From an uncultured Candidatus Saccharibacteria bacterium (lineage in GTDB: Bacteria; Patescibacteriota; Doudnabacteria; UBA920), in NCBI GenBank assembly GCA_964556325.1, contig CAZKVS010000004.1:2439-66438 (forward strand): DNA of 64,000 nucleotides, given 5' to 3'. A model generated the notes under the pieces. It did no database searches. It was not told where the DNA came from and was given only the letters and a program-made list of their open reading frames with translations. Made by a program: the position numbers and the translations under genes. Positions 46,512-54,938 of this stretch are shown here, one piece after another (position 1 is the stretch's first letter; each line of letters begins with the position of its first letter).

Positions 46512-46994
46512 ATGATTATACTTGGCATTGATCCCGGAACCGCTACAACAGGCTTCGGGTTGATTGAAAAAGACAAAAAAGGTGCGTGGAGCGCTGTTGA
46601 GTTCGGCGTTATTACTACCGATAAAAAACTAGACGACTCAGAGCGGTTAAAGATACTTGCAACAGACTTGCACGATATTATTAAAAAATACAAACCGGTT
46701 GCGGCCGGAGTAGAAAAACTCTATTTTGAGACTAACGTTAAAACAGCCATTACCGTTGCGCAAGCTCGTGGCGCCATATTGCTTACACTTGCGCAACACG
46801 CTATCCCCATACACGAATTCACCCCCCTACAGGTAAAAAGCACTTTAACTGGTTACGGCAGTGCAGACAAAAAACAAATGCAGTTTATGGTTAAACACAC
46901 CTTTGGGCTCAAAACAGTACCTAAGCCTGACGATGCAGCTGACGCATTGGCCATAGCCCTTTGTTGCGCCAACTCTATTCGCCGGCCCCGCTAG
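46512..46994 (+). CDS. ruvC: Crossover junction endodeoxyribonuclease RuvC
   Basis: MIILGIDPGTATTGFGLIE...E..Y N-terminal catalytic motif. Confidence 0.9.
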   Translation: MIILGIDPGTATTGFGLIEKDKKGAWSAVEFGVITTDKKLDDSERLKILATDLHDIIKKYKPVAAGVEKLYFETNVKTAITVAQARGAILLTLAQHAIPIHEFTPLQVKSTLTGYGSADKKQMQFMVKHTFGLKTVPKPDDAADALAIALCCANSIRRPR

Positions 46995-47110
46995 CAAAAA
47001 GACTAGACAGACCAGCTTATTCCTGCTAGACTATGCCAACAGTAGTTATTCTAGTTACTGGAATTATTTATTAACTTCTTTTCGTGTAAACGAAAAGCAA
47101 GGAGAAATAT

Positions 47111-47206
47111 ATGAGCGAAGCAGAAGAAATAAAGCCAACAACAGAAGGCGAAGAAGTTGTAGTAAATGAAACAACCGCCACCCCTGAAGCTCCTAAAGCT
47201 GAATAA
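47111..47206 (+). CDS. Small acidic protein (31 aa) MSEAEEIKPTTEGEEVVVNETTATPEAPKAE
   Basis: Consensus SD aaggag 8 nt upstream of ATG; followed by terminator hairpin 47224-47254; not in the supplied ORF track (too short). Confidence 0.3.
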   Translation: MSEAEEIKPTTEGEEVVVNETTATPEAPKAE

Positions 47207-47223
47207 GCTAGACTTCTCAAAAT

Positions 47224-47254
47224 AAAGCCCTCCGAGAATTACTCGGAGGGCTTT
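47224..47254. terminator. Bidirectional terminator aaagccctccgagaattactcggagggcttt
   Basis: 11-bp stem between small ORF and convergent tyrS. Confidence 0.6.
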
Positions 47255-47265
47255 ATTTCAACTAT

Positions 47266-48444
47266 CTAAATAATTCGTACAAACTTTCTTTTTCCAACCT
47301 GCAGGAGCAGGTTGTTTGTTTTTTGAATTTGAATTTCTTTATCGCTCATCACTTGTTGTTGGTCTATTTTCACACCCCCCTGCTCAATCAATCGGCGCGC
47401 TTCACCTTTGGAAGAAACAAGATTGGTCTCTACCAATAACTCTACTAACTTATACGTACCGGGCGTAACTTTTATTTCCGGAATGTCGCTCGGTAGTTCT
47501 TTATTACTGAACTGAGCAATGAACGCAGCCTTGGCCTCATCTGCTTTTTTACCGCCATGATATTGGCTGACAATTTGCCAGGCCAATTGTAACTTTTGAT
47601 CACGTGGGTTCGTTGTATCTCTCAGGAACGTTTTTACTTCCTTTAAAGGAACAAGGGTTGCAAGCTCAAAGTAACGCACAATAAGCTCGTCACGGAGAGA
47701 CATAACCTTGCCAAACATATCTGCTGGTTCATCTACCAAGTTTATAACATTCCCCCAAGAGCTGGACATCTTTCTCCCGTCGGTTCCTTCCAGTAAATCA
47801 AAAGTCATAATATCTTGGGACTCTTGGCCATATAAAGGCTGGATACTCCGACCTGCCAATAAATTAAAGCGCTGGTCAGTGCCCCCAAGCTCTACATCTG
47901 CCTTCACAGCCACGCTATCATAGCCCTGCATGAGCGGGTACATGAGCTCTCGCAAGCTGACTCGCTTACCCGCATCCATGCGTTTCTTGATAAGCTCACG
48001 AGACGAAAACTCGTGCAAGCCAAAAGCATCGGCCATTTTACCAATCTCCAAAAACCCTAGCTTCTTAAGCCACTTGGAATTGTAGTGCATTTCCGCCTTG
48101 GATTTGTCTATAATCTTACCCGCCTGCGCAAAATAAGATTTCATATTACTTGCCACCTGCGCCTCTGTGAGCATGGGCCGCTCAGATTCTTTATCAGAAG
48201 TGTCTCCAATTAATCCAGTAAAATCACCGCAAATAAATACCACCTGATGTCCAAGCTCCTGAAACGCACGCAGCTTCCAGAGCACCACAGCGCGGCCAAT
48301 ATGGATATTGGGGCTCGTAGGGTCAATACCCAACTTAATCCGCAGCTTCTTTTTGCCTCGAACCCGTGCGGCCAAGTGCCCTGCATCAATACTTTCCGCT
48401 ACCCCCCGACTCAACAGCTCCTCAATTTTTTCTTCTTTATTCAT
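47266..48444 (-). CDS. tyrS: Tyrosine--tRNA ligase
   Basis: Class I aaRS: HIGH-like PNIHIGRA, KMSSS, C-terminal S4 domain (..SKGEARRLIEQGGVKID..), which distinguishes TyrRS from TrpRS. Confidence 0.8.
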   Translation of the reverse strand: MNKEEKIEELLSRGVAESIDAGHLAARVRGKKKLRIKLGIDPTSPNIHIGRAVVLWKLRAFQELGHQVVFICGDFTGLIGDTSDKESERPMLTEAQVASNMKSYFAQAGKIIDKSKAEMHYNSKWLKKLGFLEIGKMADAFGLHEFSSRELIKKRMDAGKRVSLRELMYPLMQGYDSVAVKADVELGGTDQRFNLLAGRSIQPLYGQESQDIMTFDLLEGTDGRKMSSSWGNVINLVDEPADMFGKVMSLRDELIVRYFELATLVPLKEVKTFLRDTTNPRDQKLQLAWQIVSQYHGGKKADEAKAAFIAQFSNKELPSDIPEIKVTPGTYKLVELLVETNLVSSKGEARRLIEQGGVKIDQQQVMSDKEIQIQKTNNLLLQVGKRKFVRII

Positions 48445-48673
48445 AAAAAATATAGTGTAAGTAATGTATTGTAGAATTGCAGAAAACTCAAAATCTACAC
48501 TAAGAGTATACCATTTTCGGCTTATTTCAAGCCACTCCGAAAGGGGTTCCCGCAGAACCTAAAAGTCAGTATAATTACCCCATGCCCAGTAGCAAGCAAA
48601 TGCTTATATTGGGGTAAAATATTATTCGCTAAAAAATAATCCAGCACATACAAGTACCGACCTCCACGACAGT

Positions 48674-51535
48674 GTGTGCAGAAAATCTACTGGAATGCGT
48701 ATTTACAATTTTGAAACTGCTTCAAAAAAATCGACTAAATATTTTAAGCGGCTTCACAAAGGCTTAAAAAATATCTTCAGCAACAAACGCTTACTCGTCA
48801 GCTGGTTTTTCCGTTTGTTTGCCGTCGGCGTAACCGTAATGGCAGCTCTGTTTGTGTACCTCAGCTTTACTCTTCCTGACCCAAATACACTTCTGGAACG
48901 CACGGTGCCCGAGTCAACTAAAATATATGATCGAAATAACCAACTTCTCTACGAAGTTCATGGGGAAGTGAAGCGCACGTTGGTGCAGCTTGATGCTATT
49001 TCTGACTACGCAAAACACGCAACCGTTGCTGTCGAAGACAAAGATTTTTATTCCCACAGTGGATTTTCTATTCGCGGAATTTTCCGATCTATATGGAAAG
49101 ATATCAAAACCGGCAGCGCGCAACAAGGCGGCAGTACCATTACGCAACAATTTGTTAAAAACGCTCTTTTAACCAAAGACAAGCAACTTATTCGCAAAGT
49201 AAAAGAACTTGTGCTCTCAGTAGAGTTAGAAGCCCGATATACCAAAGACCAAATCTTGCAACTGTACTTAAATGAGATTCCCTACGGTAGAAATGCATAC
49301 GGCATAGAAGCTGCGAGCCAAGCATACTTTGGCAAACACGCCAACGAGCTAAGCTTAGGCGAGGCCGCGTACCTAGCCGGACTACCGCAGTCTACCACCT
49401 ACTATAACCCTTTGGGTCCGCACCGAGATGCACTTGACCGTAGACAACAAACCATCTTGGGCCTCATGGAAACTCAAGGCTACATTACAAAAGAACAAAA
49501 AGAGTCAGCCCTGCAAGAAAAGGTTGCTTTTACCCCGTTACAAAACAACCTTAAGGCACCCCACTTTGTGTTGTATGTCCAAGATTACTTAGCTAAAAAA
49601 TACGGAGAATTAAGTCTCGAACAAGGTGGGCTTAAAGTCTATACTACCCTGGATTCGAAACTTCAAGATATAGCGGAAAGCGTAGTGAAAGAGCAGGCAG
49701 ATAAAAACGAAAAAGAGTCCAAAGCTTACAATGCAGGGTTTGTGGCAATTGACCCAAAAACCGGACAAATCTTGGCCATGGTAGGTAGTCGGGACTTTTT
49801 CGGCAAGAGTGCTCCAGCGGGTTGCAACCCCGGAAAAGACTGTCTCTTTGACCCCAGCGTAAACGTAGCACTCACTCCGCAACAGCCAGGTAGCAGCTTC
49901 AAACCCTATGTATACCTGACAGCTTTTAAAGAAGGCCAAGGCTATGCACCTGCCAGTCTCCTCATGGATGTAAAAACAAACTTTGGCCGCAACGGCGACT
50001 CTGACTACGTCCCACAAAATTACAACGGCGGCTTTAATGGTCCTGTCTCCATACGTAAAGCCTTGGCCGGAAGCTTAAATATCCCCGCAGTAAAAATGCT
50101 CGCGCTAGTAGGGGTTGAAAACGCCACGCAAACAGCACGGGACCTAGGTATAACCAGCCCGCTTAAAAACTGCGGGCTCTCCCTCGTATTGGGTGGATGT
50201 GAAGTAACCCTACTCGACCACACCGCAAGCTACGCAACACTGGCCAATGGTGGCATCAAAAACCCTGCAACCCCTATATTGAAGGTTGAAGACAAATCAG
50301 GTAACACCCTAGAAGAGTTTACCGAGAAAAGCAGCCGAGTAGTAGACGCGCAAGCGGTGTATGAGCTAACCAGTATTATGACCGACAATAATGCTCGAAG
50401 TTATATCTTTGGCGTGAGTAACTTCCTTACCCTGCCGGATAGACAACTCGCATGTAAAACAGGAACTACAAACCGCTGGCGCGATGGCTGGAGTATGTGC
50501 TTTACTCCCAGCATTGCAGTGGGGGCATGGGTTGGCAATAGCAACAATAAAGAAATGAAGGCGGCCACAGCAGACGGCTCACGCGTTGCGGCGCCTATTA
50601 CTAACAAATTCCTTAAGCAAGCCCTGCAAGGCACTCCGGTAGAACAATTCCCAACCCCGGATGGGATAAGTAAAGTTATTGTAGATGCAGTCTCCGGCAA
50701 ACTTCCAACAGAATTTAGCCCTGAAACTAAAGAGGAAGTGTTTGCCAGTTACTCAGTACCCAAAGACTACGACGACGTACATATCGGAGTCAGAATAGAC
50801 CGAACGAACGGGCTTCCAGCAAACAATCTCACCCCTCCAGAAAACATTGACCTACATACCTATACGGTATTCCGCAGTGAAAGACCGGATAACGCTGCCT
50901 GGGAAACACCCGTTCGAGAATGGATGCTGTCAAAACAAATGCCCCTACCCCCAGAAGGAAGCATTATTACTAATCCAACACCTACCCCAAACACGGGAGA
51001 GGACCCAAAGGCTTCTATTACGAGCCCAGCAGAAGGTGCGGTAATAACTCAGAGCATATTTACTGTGCAAGTCGAAGCAAGTAGCCCGGTAGGTATCACT
51101 CGCGTAGACTTGCTCATTGATGGACAGCTAGTAGAAAGCAAAGCAGCTGCGCCGTATAACTTTATGGTAGGCCGCCAACCCACCGACGGCCCCAAAACAA
51201 TTGCCATACATCTGATAGATAAAAATGGCAAAACTGTCGATCAGTCTGTGCCTGTTATTTTCGCCGTCAACGCCCCAATCACTATCATAAAGCCAAGCTC
51301 AAATACAACTCAGAGTGGGCAAATTAGCATAGCAGCGGTGAGTGGCCAAGACTTGGGAACCCTTAGTTTCTATGCCAACAATATAGTCATAGCAACTGCA
51401 GACGGGCTCCAAAACCCCGATGGTTCCTATATCTATAGTACAGAATGGACGCCCGCAAGTAACGGCACATACAAGCTACAAGCTAAAAGTAATAACACAG
51501 GCAGTGAAAAAATTAGCATCGTATACAAAAAATAA
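48674..51535 (+). CDS. Class A penicillin-binding protein (transglycosylase + transpeptidase) with C-terminal Ig-like extension
   Basis: GT51 motifs (VAVEDKDFYSHSGF; GGSTITQQ), TPase SxxK (GSSFKP), SxN and KTG (KTGTT); true start may be Met 48695. Confidence 0.9.
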   Translation: MCRKSTGMRIYNFETASKKSTKYFKRLHKGLKNIFSNKRLLVSWFFRLFAVGVTVMAALFVYLSFTLPDPNTLLERTVPESTKIYDRNNQLLYEVHGEVKRTLVQLDAISDYAKHATVAVEDKDFYSHSGFSIRGIFRSIWKDIKTGSAQQGGSTITQQFVKNALLTKDKQLIRKVKELVLSVELEARYTKDQILQLYLNEIPYGRNAYGIEAASQAYFGKHANELSLGEAAYLAGLPQSTTYYNPLGPHRDALDRRQQTILGLMETQGYITKEQKESALQEKVAFTPLQNNLKAPHFVLYVQDYLAKKYGELSLEQGGLKVYTTLDSKLQDIAESVVKEQADKNEKESKAYNAGFVAIDPKTGQILAMVGSRDFFGKSAPAGCNPGKDCLFDPSVNVALTPQQPGSSFKPYVYLTAFKEGQGYAPASLLMDVKTNFGRNGDSDYVPQNYNGGFNGPVSIRKALAGSLNIPAVKMLALVGVENATQTARDLGITSPLKNCGLSLVLGGCEVTLLDHTASYATLANGGIKNPATPILKVEDKSGNTLEEFTEKSSRVVDAQAVYELTSIMTDNNARSYIFGVSNFLTLPDRQLACKTGTTNRWRDGWSMCFTPSIAVGAWVGNSNNKEMKAATADGSRVAAPITNKFLKQALQGTPVEQFPTPDGISKVIVDAVSGKLPTEFSPETKEEVFASYSVPKDYDDVHIGVRIDRTNGLPANNLTPPENIDLHTYTVFRSERPDNAAWETPVREWMLSKQMPLPPEGSIITNPTPTPNTGEDPKASITSPAEGAVITQSIFTVQVEASSPVGITRVDLLIDGQLVESKAAAPYNFMVGRQPTDGPKTIAIHLIDKNGKTVDQSVPVIFAVNAPITIIKPSSNTTQSGQISIAAVSGQDLGTLSFYANNIVIATADGLQNPDGSYIYSTEWTPASNGTYKLQAKSNNTGSEKISIVYKK

Positions 51536-51556
51536 AAAGTCTGCCGCTGTAAATAT

Positions 51557-51584
51557 AAAACTCGTCCCACTATGGACGAGTTTT
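51557..51584 (+). terminator. Terminator aaaactcgtcc-cactat-ggacgagtttt
   Basis: After PBP gene. Confidence 0.55.
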
Positions 51585-51604
51585 ATATTTCAGCAGAAAG
51601 TCCG

Positions 51605-52108
51605 CTACTTTTCATTTTCCGCAAACAAAGCCTCAATATCCTTTGTATAATTTATGTTTGTAGTTTTGATAAGGCGTATAAAAAACTTGCCTGCTAACTC
51701 TCCTAATTCATCTTCTAAACGCTGGTCTAGTTTATACGGAGAAATCCAAATACTTGACTGCCATTTCTTAAATCCAAGCGCCTTTAGCCGATTGCGGAGG
51801 AAGGTTCGAACTTGGCGCTGTCGTTCGGGTATATCAAAAATAACCATTTTCCAGACTCCATCGCGCTGTGGAAAACGTGTGGTGAGCAGAGCAGCACCGT
51901 CTGGAGTGAGCGCAAGCTGTGTGCGAGCAGGGTTGGCATACACCAGTAGCCCTTGTTGTACCAATCGAAAAATTGTATCGTACACGACTTTCCGATTTTT
52001 CGCTGTTGTTGCCTGACTCACCAGCAACTGCTGCACGGGACAAAACCCATTCGATCGAGACACTTCTGCCAAAATAGTTACACTAAAAGTAGTATGTGTA
52101 CGAGCCAT
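51605..52108 (-). CDS. PaaX-family-like regulator paralog (wHTH + PaaX_C-like domain)
   Basis: DGVWKMVIFDIPERQRQVRTFLRNRLKALGFKKWQSSIWISPY, same pattern as 44419..45084. Confidence 0.5.
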   Translation of the reverse strand: MARTHTTFSVTILAEVSRSNGFCPVQQLLVSQATTAKNRKVVYDTIFRLVQQGLLVYANPARTQLALTPDGAALLTTRFPQRDGVWKMVIFDIPERQRQVRTFLRNRLKALGFKKWQSSIWISPYKLDQRLEDELGELAGKFFIRLIKTTNINYTKDIEALFAENEK

Positions 52109-52109
52109 G

Positions 52110-52200
52110 TAAATGCAGAATCAAGAATATGGAATTAAGAATTACGGAAAGACCCCGTTCTTAATTCGTGATTCTTAATTCATAATTCTTAATTCTTAAG
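52110..52200. repeat. AT-rich palindromic intergenic element (ggaattaagaattacgg ... ccgttcttaattc gtgattcttaattcataattcttaattc)
   Basis: Same unit family (TTCTTAATTC) as the 46415 and 28041 elements. Confidence 0.5.
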
Positions 52201-52656
52201 CCTAAGCACCACTCGTCGTCCAGAACCCTGACCCTGGCTGCTCGAATCAACATCAGAATAATTATCTTGAATGAGGGCATGAATAAACCGCCGCTCGTAA
52301 TTGGGCATAGGCATAAGCCCTACCGGTCGACCTGTGCGGCGAAGCTGAACAATAGCCTGCTGCACAGTTTCTTTTAAGTACCACTCACGTTTTCGATTAA
52401 AATCATCGATGTCTAGAGAAAAACGCAAAAACTGACCTGGAAACTTCCTGTTTACAATAGACTGTACAACCTGTTCTAAACAATGAAGCGTCTCACCCTG
52501 ACGCCCAATGAGTATGTATGGGTCCTCAACTACTACAACATTAAAAACCAAACCCTTAGTAATAGTCTCTTCCGGCTCAACCGACACCTGAAAACCCATC
52601 GCCTTCAGCAGGCTCACAATCACTTCTTGCGTAGCTTGTATAATTTCAGGGTTCAT
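52189..52656 (-). CDS. Jag/KhpB-like RNA-binding protein (KH + R3H)
   Basis: C-terminal R3H (FIHALIQDNYSDVDSSSQGQGSGRRVVL); conserved position after yidC. Confidence 0.75.
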   Translation of the reverse strand: MNPEIIQATQEVIVSLLKAMGFQVSVEPEETITKGLVFNVVVVEDPYILIGRQGETLHCLEQVVQSIVNRKFPGQFLRFSLDIDDFNRKREWYLKETVQQAIVQLRRTGRPVGLMPMPNYERRFIHALIQDNYSDVDSSSQGQGSGRRVVLRLKN

Positions 52657-52673
52657 GGGAGTTCGCTTCTAGT

Positions 52674-53402
52674 CTATGACTTAATTTCTAGCTCTTGTTT
52701 GCTGTCTGATTGCCTCATTATATAGTATTGCTGGGCAACGGCAAAGAGGGTGGTGACAACCCAGTACAGCGGCAGTCCTGCCGGTAAATTCCATGCTATA
52801 AACACGCTAAACAGAGGCAAAAAATAGGTTGTTTGCCATTGAATTGCCTTAGCGGTAGCATCGGTCGGTTTAGTTTTATTTTGCGACTGCATTAAGCGCG
52901 ACTGCCAAAACTGAAGAAGGCCCGCTAAAATAGCCAAGCTTGCGCTAGGTTTGGCCAAGTTCATAAAACCCAAAAAATATGGGTTAATGCTGCCTGGGTT
53001 GGAAACTATATGGTATAACCCATTTAAATTACCGTTCAATGCGGTATTAAAAACTTGATATAGTGCAATCAAAACAGGAAGCTGAATCAAAAGTGGCAGA
53101 CAAGACCCCAAGGGGTTTACTTTATGCTCCCGATACAGCTCCATAATCGCCTTAGACTGCGCTTCTTTATCGTCCTTGTGCCGAGCTTTAATCTCGTCGA
53201 GTTTTGGCTGGAGCTTTGCCATGGCCCCTTGACTCTTCAATTGCTTATGCATAGTGGGAGCCAAAACCAAACGCACCGCAAGCGTAATTGCGATTATAAC
53301 TAAACCAACATCATGCCCGGGTATGCTGTTGTAGCCCCAAACGAGCAGGTTTAGCAGAGGACGGTAGATAGCCTCATGATACGCGGATAAAAATATATTC
53401 AT
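52674..53402 (-). CDS. yidC: Membrane protein insertase YidC (short, Gram-positive type)
   Basis: YidC/Oxa1 core TMs; ..LPLLIQLPVLIALYQV.. Confidence 0.9.
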   Translation of the reverse strand: MNIFLSAYHEAIYRPLLNLLVWGYNSIPGHDVGLVIIAITLAVRLVLAPTMHKQLKSQGAMAKLQPKLDEIKARHKDDKEAQSKAIMELYREHKVNPLGSCLPLLIQLPVLIALYQVFNTALNGNLNGLYHIVSNPGSINPYFLGFMNLAKPSASLAILAGLLQFWQSRLMQSQNKTKPTDATAKAIQWQTTYFLPLFSVFIAWNLPAGLPLYWVVTTLFAVAQQYYIMRQSDSKQELEIKS

Positions 53403-53404
53403 AA

Positions 53405-53520
53405 TAAATAGTACTAATCATTAATCGTTAATCCTTTCCCGCGCAGCGGGACCCGCCTTGGGCGGGAACCATAATCGTGGTTGATTCTGGCCAAAGATTA
53501 AAAATAAATAATTAACGATT
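53405..53520. repeat. MITE-like element: about 10-bp terminal inverted repeats (aatcgttaat/attaacgatt) enclosing GC-rich double hairpin CCTTTCCCGCGCAGCGGGACCCGCCTTGGGCGGGAACC
   Basis: Second copy at 54125-54240 with 36 of 38 identical core and its own TIRs (atccttaatc/gattaaggat); both in intergenic gaps of the rpmH-rnpA-yidD-yidC cluster. Confidence 0.65.
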
Positions 53521-53533
53521 GACCTCTGGTGCG

Positions 53534-53770
53534 CTACGGCACCGGGTCAATGCTTGGTTTTTGCCAAGGATGACAACGAGCCACTCGTCGCGTCGCAAGC
53601 GCCAAACCGGAAAAAACTCCGTATTTTATAATAGCCTGTTTTGCATACTCACTACAACTCGGATAAAACTTGCACCACCCATGCGGATGAGCGGCGGCAA
53701 ACCAGCCATGATCAGGTGAAAGTGTTCTTTGGTACGCGGTAAGCAGAAGAATCAGCAGACGAACAAGCAT
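53534..53770 (-). CDS. yidD: Membrane protein insertion efficiency factor YidD
   Basis: YQRTLSPDHGW..CKFYPSCSEYA..A.RCHPW. Confidence 0.85.
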   Translation of the reverse strand: MLVRLLILLLTAYQRTLSPDHGWFAAAHPHGWCKFYPSCSEYAKQAIIKYGVFSGLALATRRVARCHPWQKPSIDPVP

Positions 53771-53780
53771 AAAGTGTACA

Positions 53781-54119
53781 TTATGACTTTAATAGCCGAC
53801 ATTTCAATAAATGTTGCTCTAACGCGGTCCGGATATCACTATTGACCATTCGAGCTGCAGCAGGGCGAGCAACAAGCAAATAGTCTCCGGGGGCTAACCG
53901 AGAAAGATTGACCCGCATAAAGTCTCGAGCAACTCGTTTTATCTGATTACGACGCACCGCAGACTTTGCAACTTTAGTAGAGATAGAAATAGTTACTCGC
54001 GGAGATGTCGAGGCATTGAGAAATCGCACAGTAAAAATTTGACCAAAAAAAGAACGCCCTGCGGTAAAAACACGTTGGACGTCTCGGGTATGGGCGAGGC
54101 GATTTTGTTTAGCAAACAT
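53781..54119 (-). CDS. rnpA: Ribonuclease P protein component
   Basis: 112 aa basic protein, RnpA motif region; conserved position between rpmH and yidD. Confidence 0.8.
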   Translation of the reverse strand: MFAKQNRLAHTRDVQRVFTAGRSFFGQIFTVRFLNASTSPRVTISISTKVAKSAVRRNQIKRVARDFMRVNLSRLAPGDYLLVARPAAARMVNSDIRTALEQHLLKCRLLKS

Positions 54120-54124
54120 AGGCT

Positions 54125-54240
54125 ATTACAAATAAATCCTTAATCGTTTATCTCTAATCCTTTCCCGCACAGCGGGACCCGCCTGGGGCGGGAACCGAAT
54201 TCAGTTGGTCAAAGATAAAGGATGAAAGATTAAGGATGTA
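54125..54240. repeat. MITE-like GC-rich double-hairpin element, copy 2
   Basis: See 53405-53520. Confidence 0.65.
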
Positions 54241-54245
54241 TTACT

Positions 54246-54383
54246 TTATACAGTAGTAAGACGCTTTCGGCCTTTGGCACGACGACGAGCTATTACAGCC
54301 TGACCGCCTTTAGTTTGCATTTTCTTACGAAAACCATGTACCTTGGCTCTGCGTTTAACCTTTGGTTGATAGGTGCGTTTCAT
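54246..54383 (-). CDS. rpmH: 50S ribosomal protein L34
   Basis: [45 protein letters not shown] (45 aa); not in the ORF track because it is short. Confidence 0.9.
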   Translation of the reverse strand: MKRTYQPKVKRRAKVHGFRKKMQTKGGQAVIARRRAKGRKRLTTV

Positions 54384-54527
54384 ATCGGTAAGCTGCTCCT
54401 AAGAAAATCCCGGAACAAAACAATAAATTAATGCCTTTATATACCAACTAATACTTCCAACAGTATACCGATTTTAACAACAGACGTCAATACTATACAC
54501 TAAAACAGCAACGCGCGCGTAGATACG

Positions 54528-54938
54528 TTGTATAATGGTTGTATGCAAAAAAGGCAATTCAAAATTACCATATTCACAGGCACTCTCACGCTCTCACTCG
54601 TAGCGTGCATTGCCTTGTCTCAAATTCAGCCAGCTCTGCAAGCCTTTACGGAAACCTACTCAGTACCAACCGGTATAGTTGCGGGCATTGCTGTAGGAGG
54701 AACCATTGAGCCAACACCCACCAATACGCTCTACGCTGAATTACAGCAGCAACAGATTGCGTTGGATAAAAAAAATGCAGAACTCGAAGCTGAACGTAGA
54801 TATTTAGAACAAAGTAAAACTACAAAAAACACTATTCTCTATATACTCATAATTCTGCTCGGTATATTGGTTGTGGTTAATTTTTATTTTGATATTAAAC
54901 GATACCGCTCCAGTTTTAAGCAAGAACTGCACACATGA
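54528..54938 (+). CDS. Bitopic membrane protein with coiled coil (hypothetical), first gene of the surface island
   Basis: N-terminal signal-anchor, coiled coil (LYAELQQQQIALDKKNAELEAERRYLEQ), C-terminal TM. Confidence 0.45.
   Translation: MYNGCMQKRQFKITIFTGTLTLSLVACIALSQIQPALQAFTETYSVPTGIVAGIAVGGTIEPTPTNTLYAELQQQQIALDKKNAELEAERRYLEQSKTTKNTILYILIILLGILVVVNFYFDIKRYRSSFKQELHT

Noticed and set aside
51605-52108. Cas2 identity for the PaaX-like proteins
   Set aside because: The DIP...R...R..L...GF...Q.S.W..P segment resembles Cas2, but it sits C-terminal to a wHTH in a 167/221-aa protein, with no cas1 or repeats nearby; better explained as PaaX_C-type domain.
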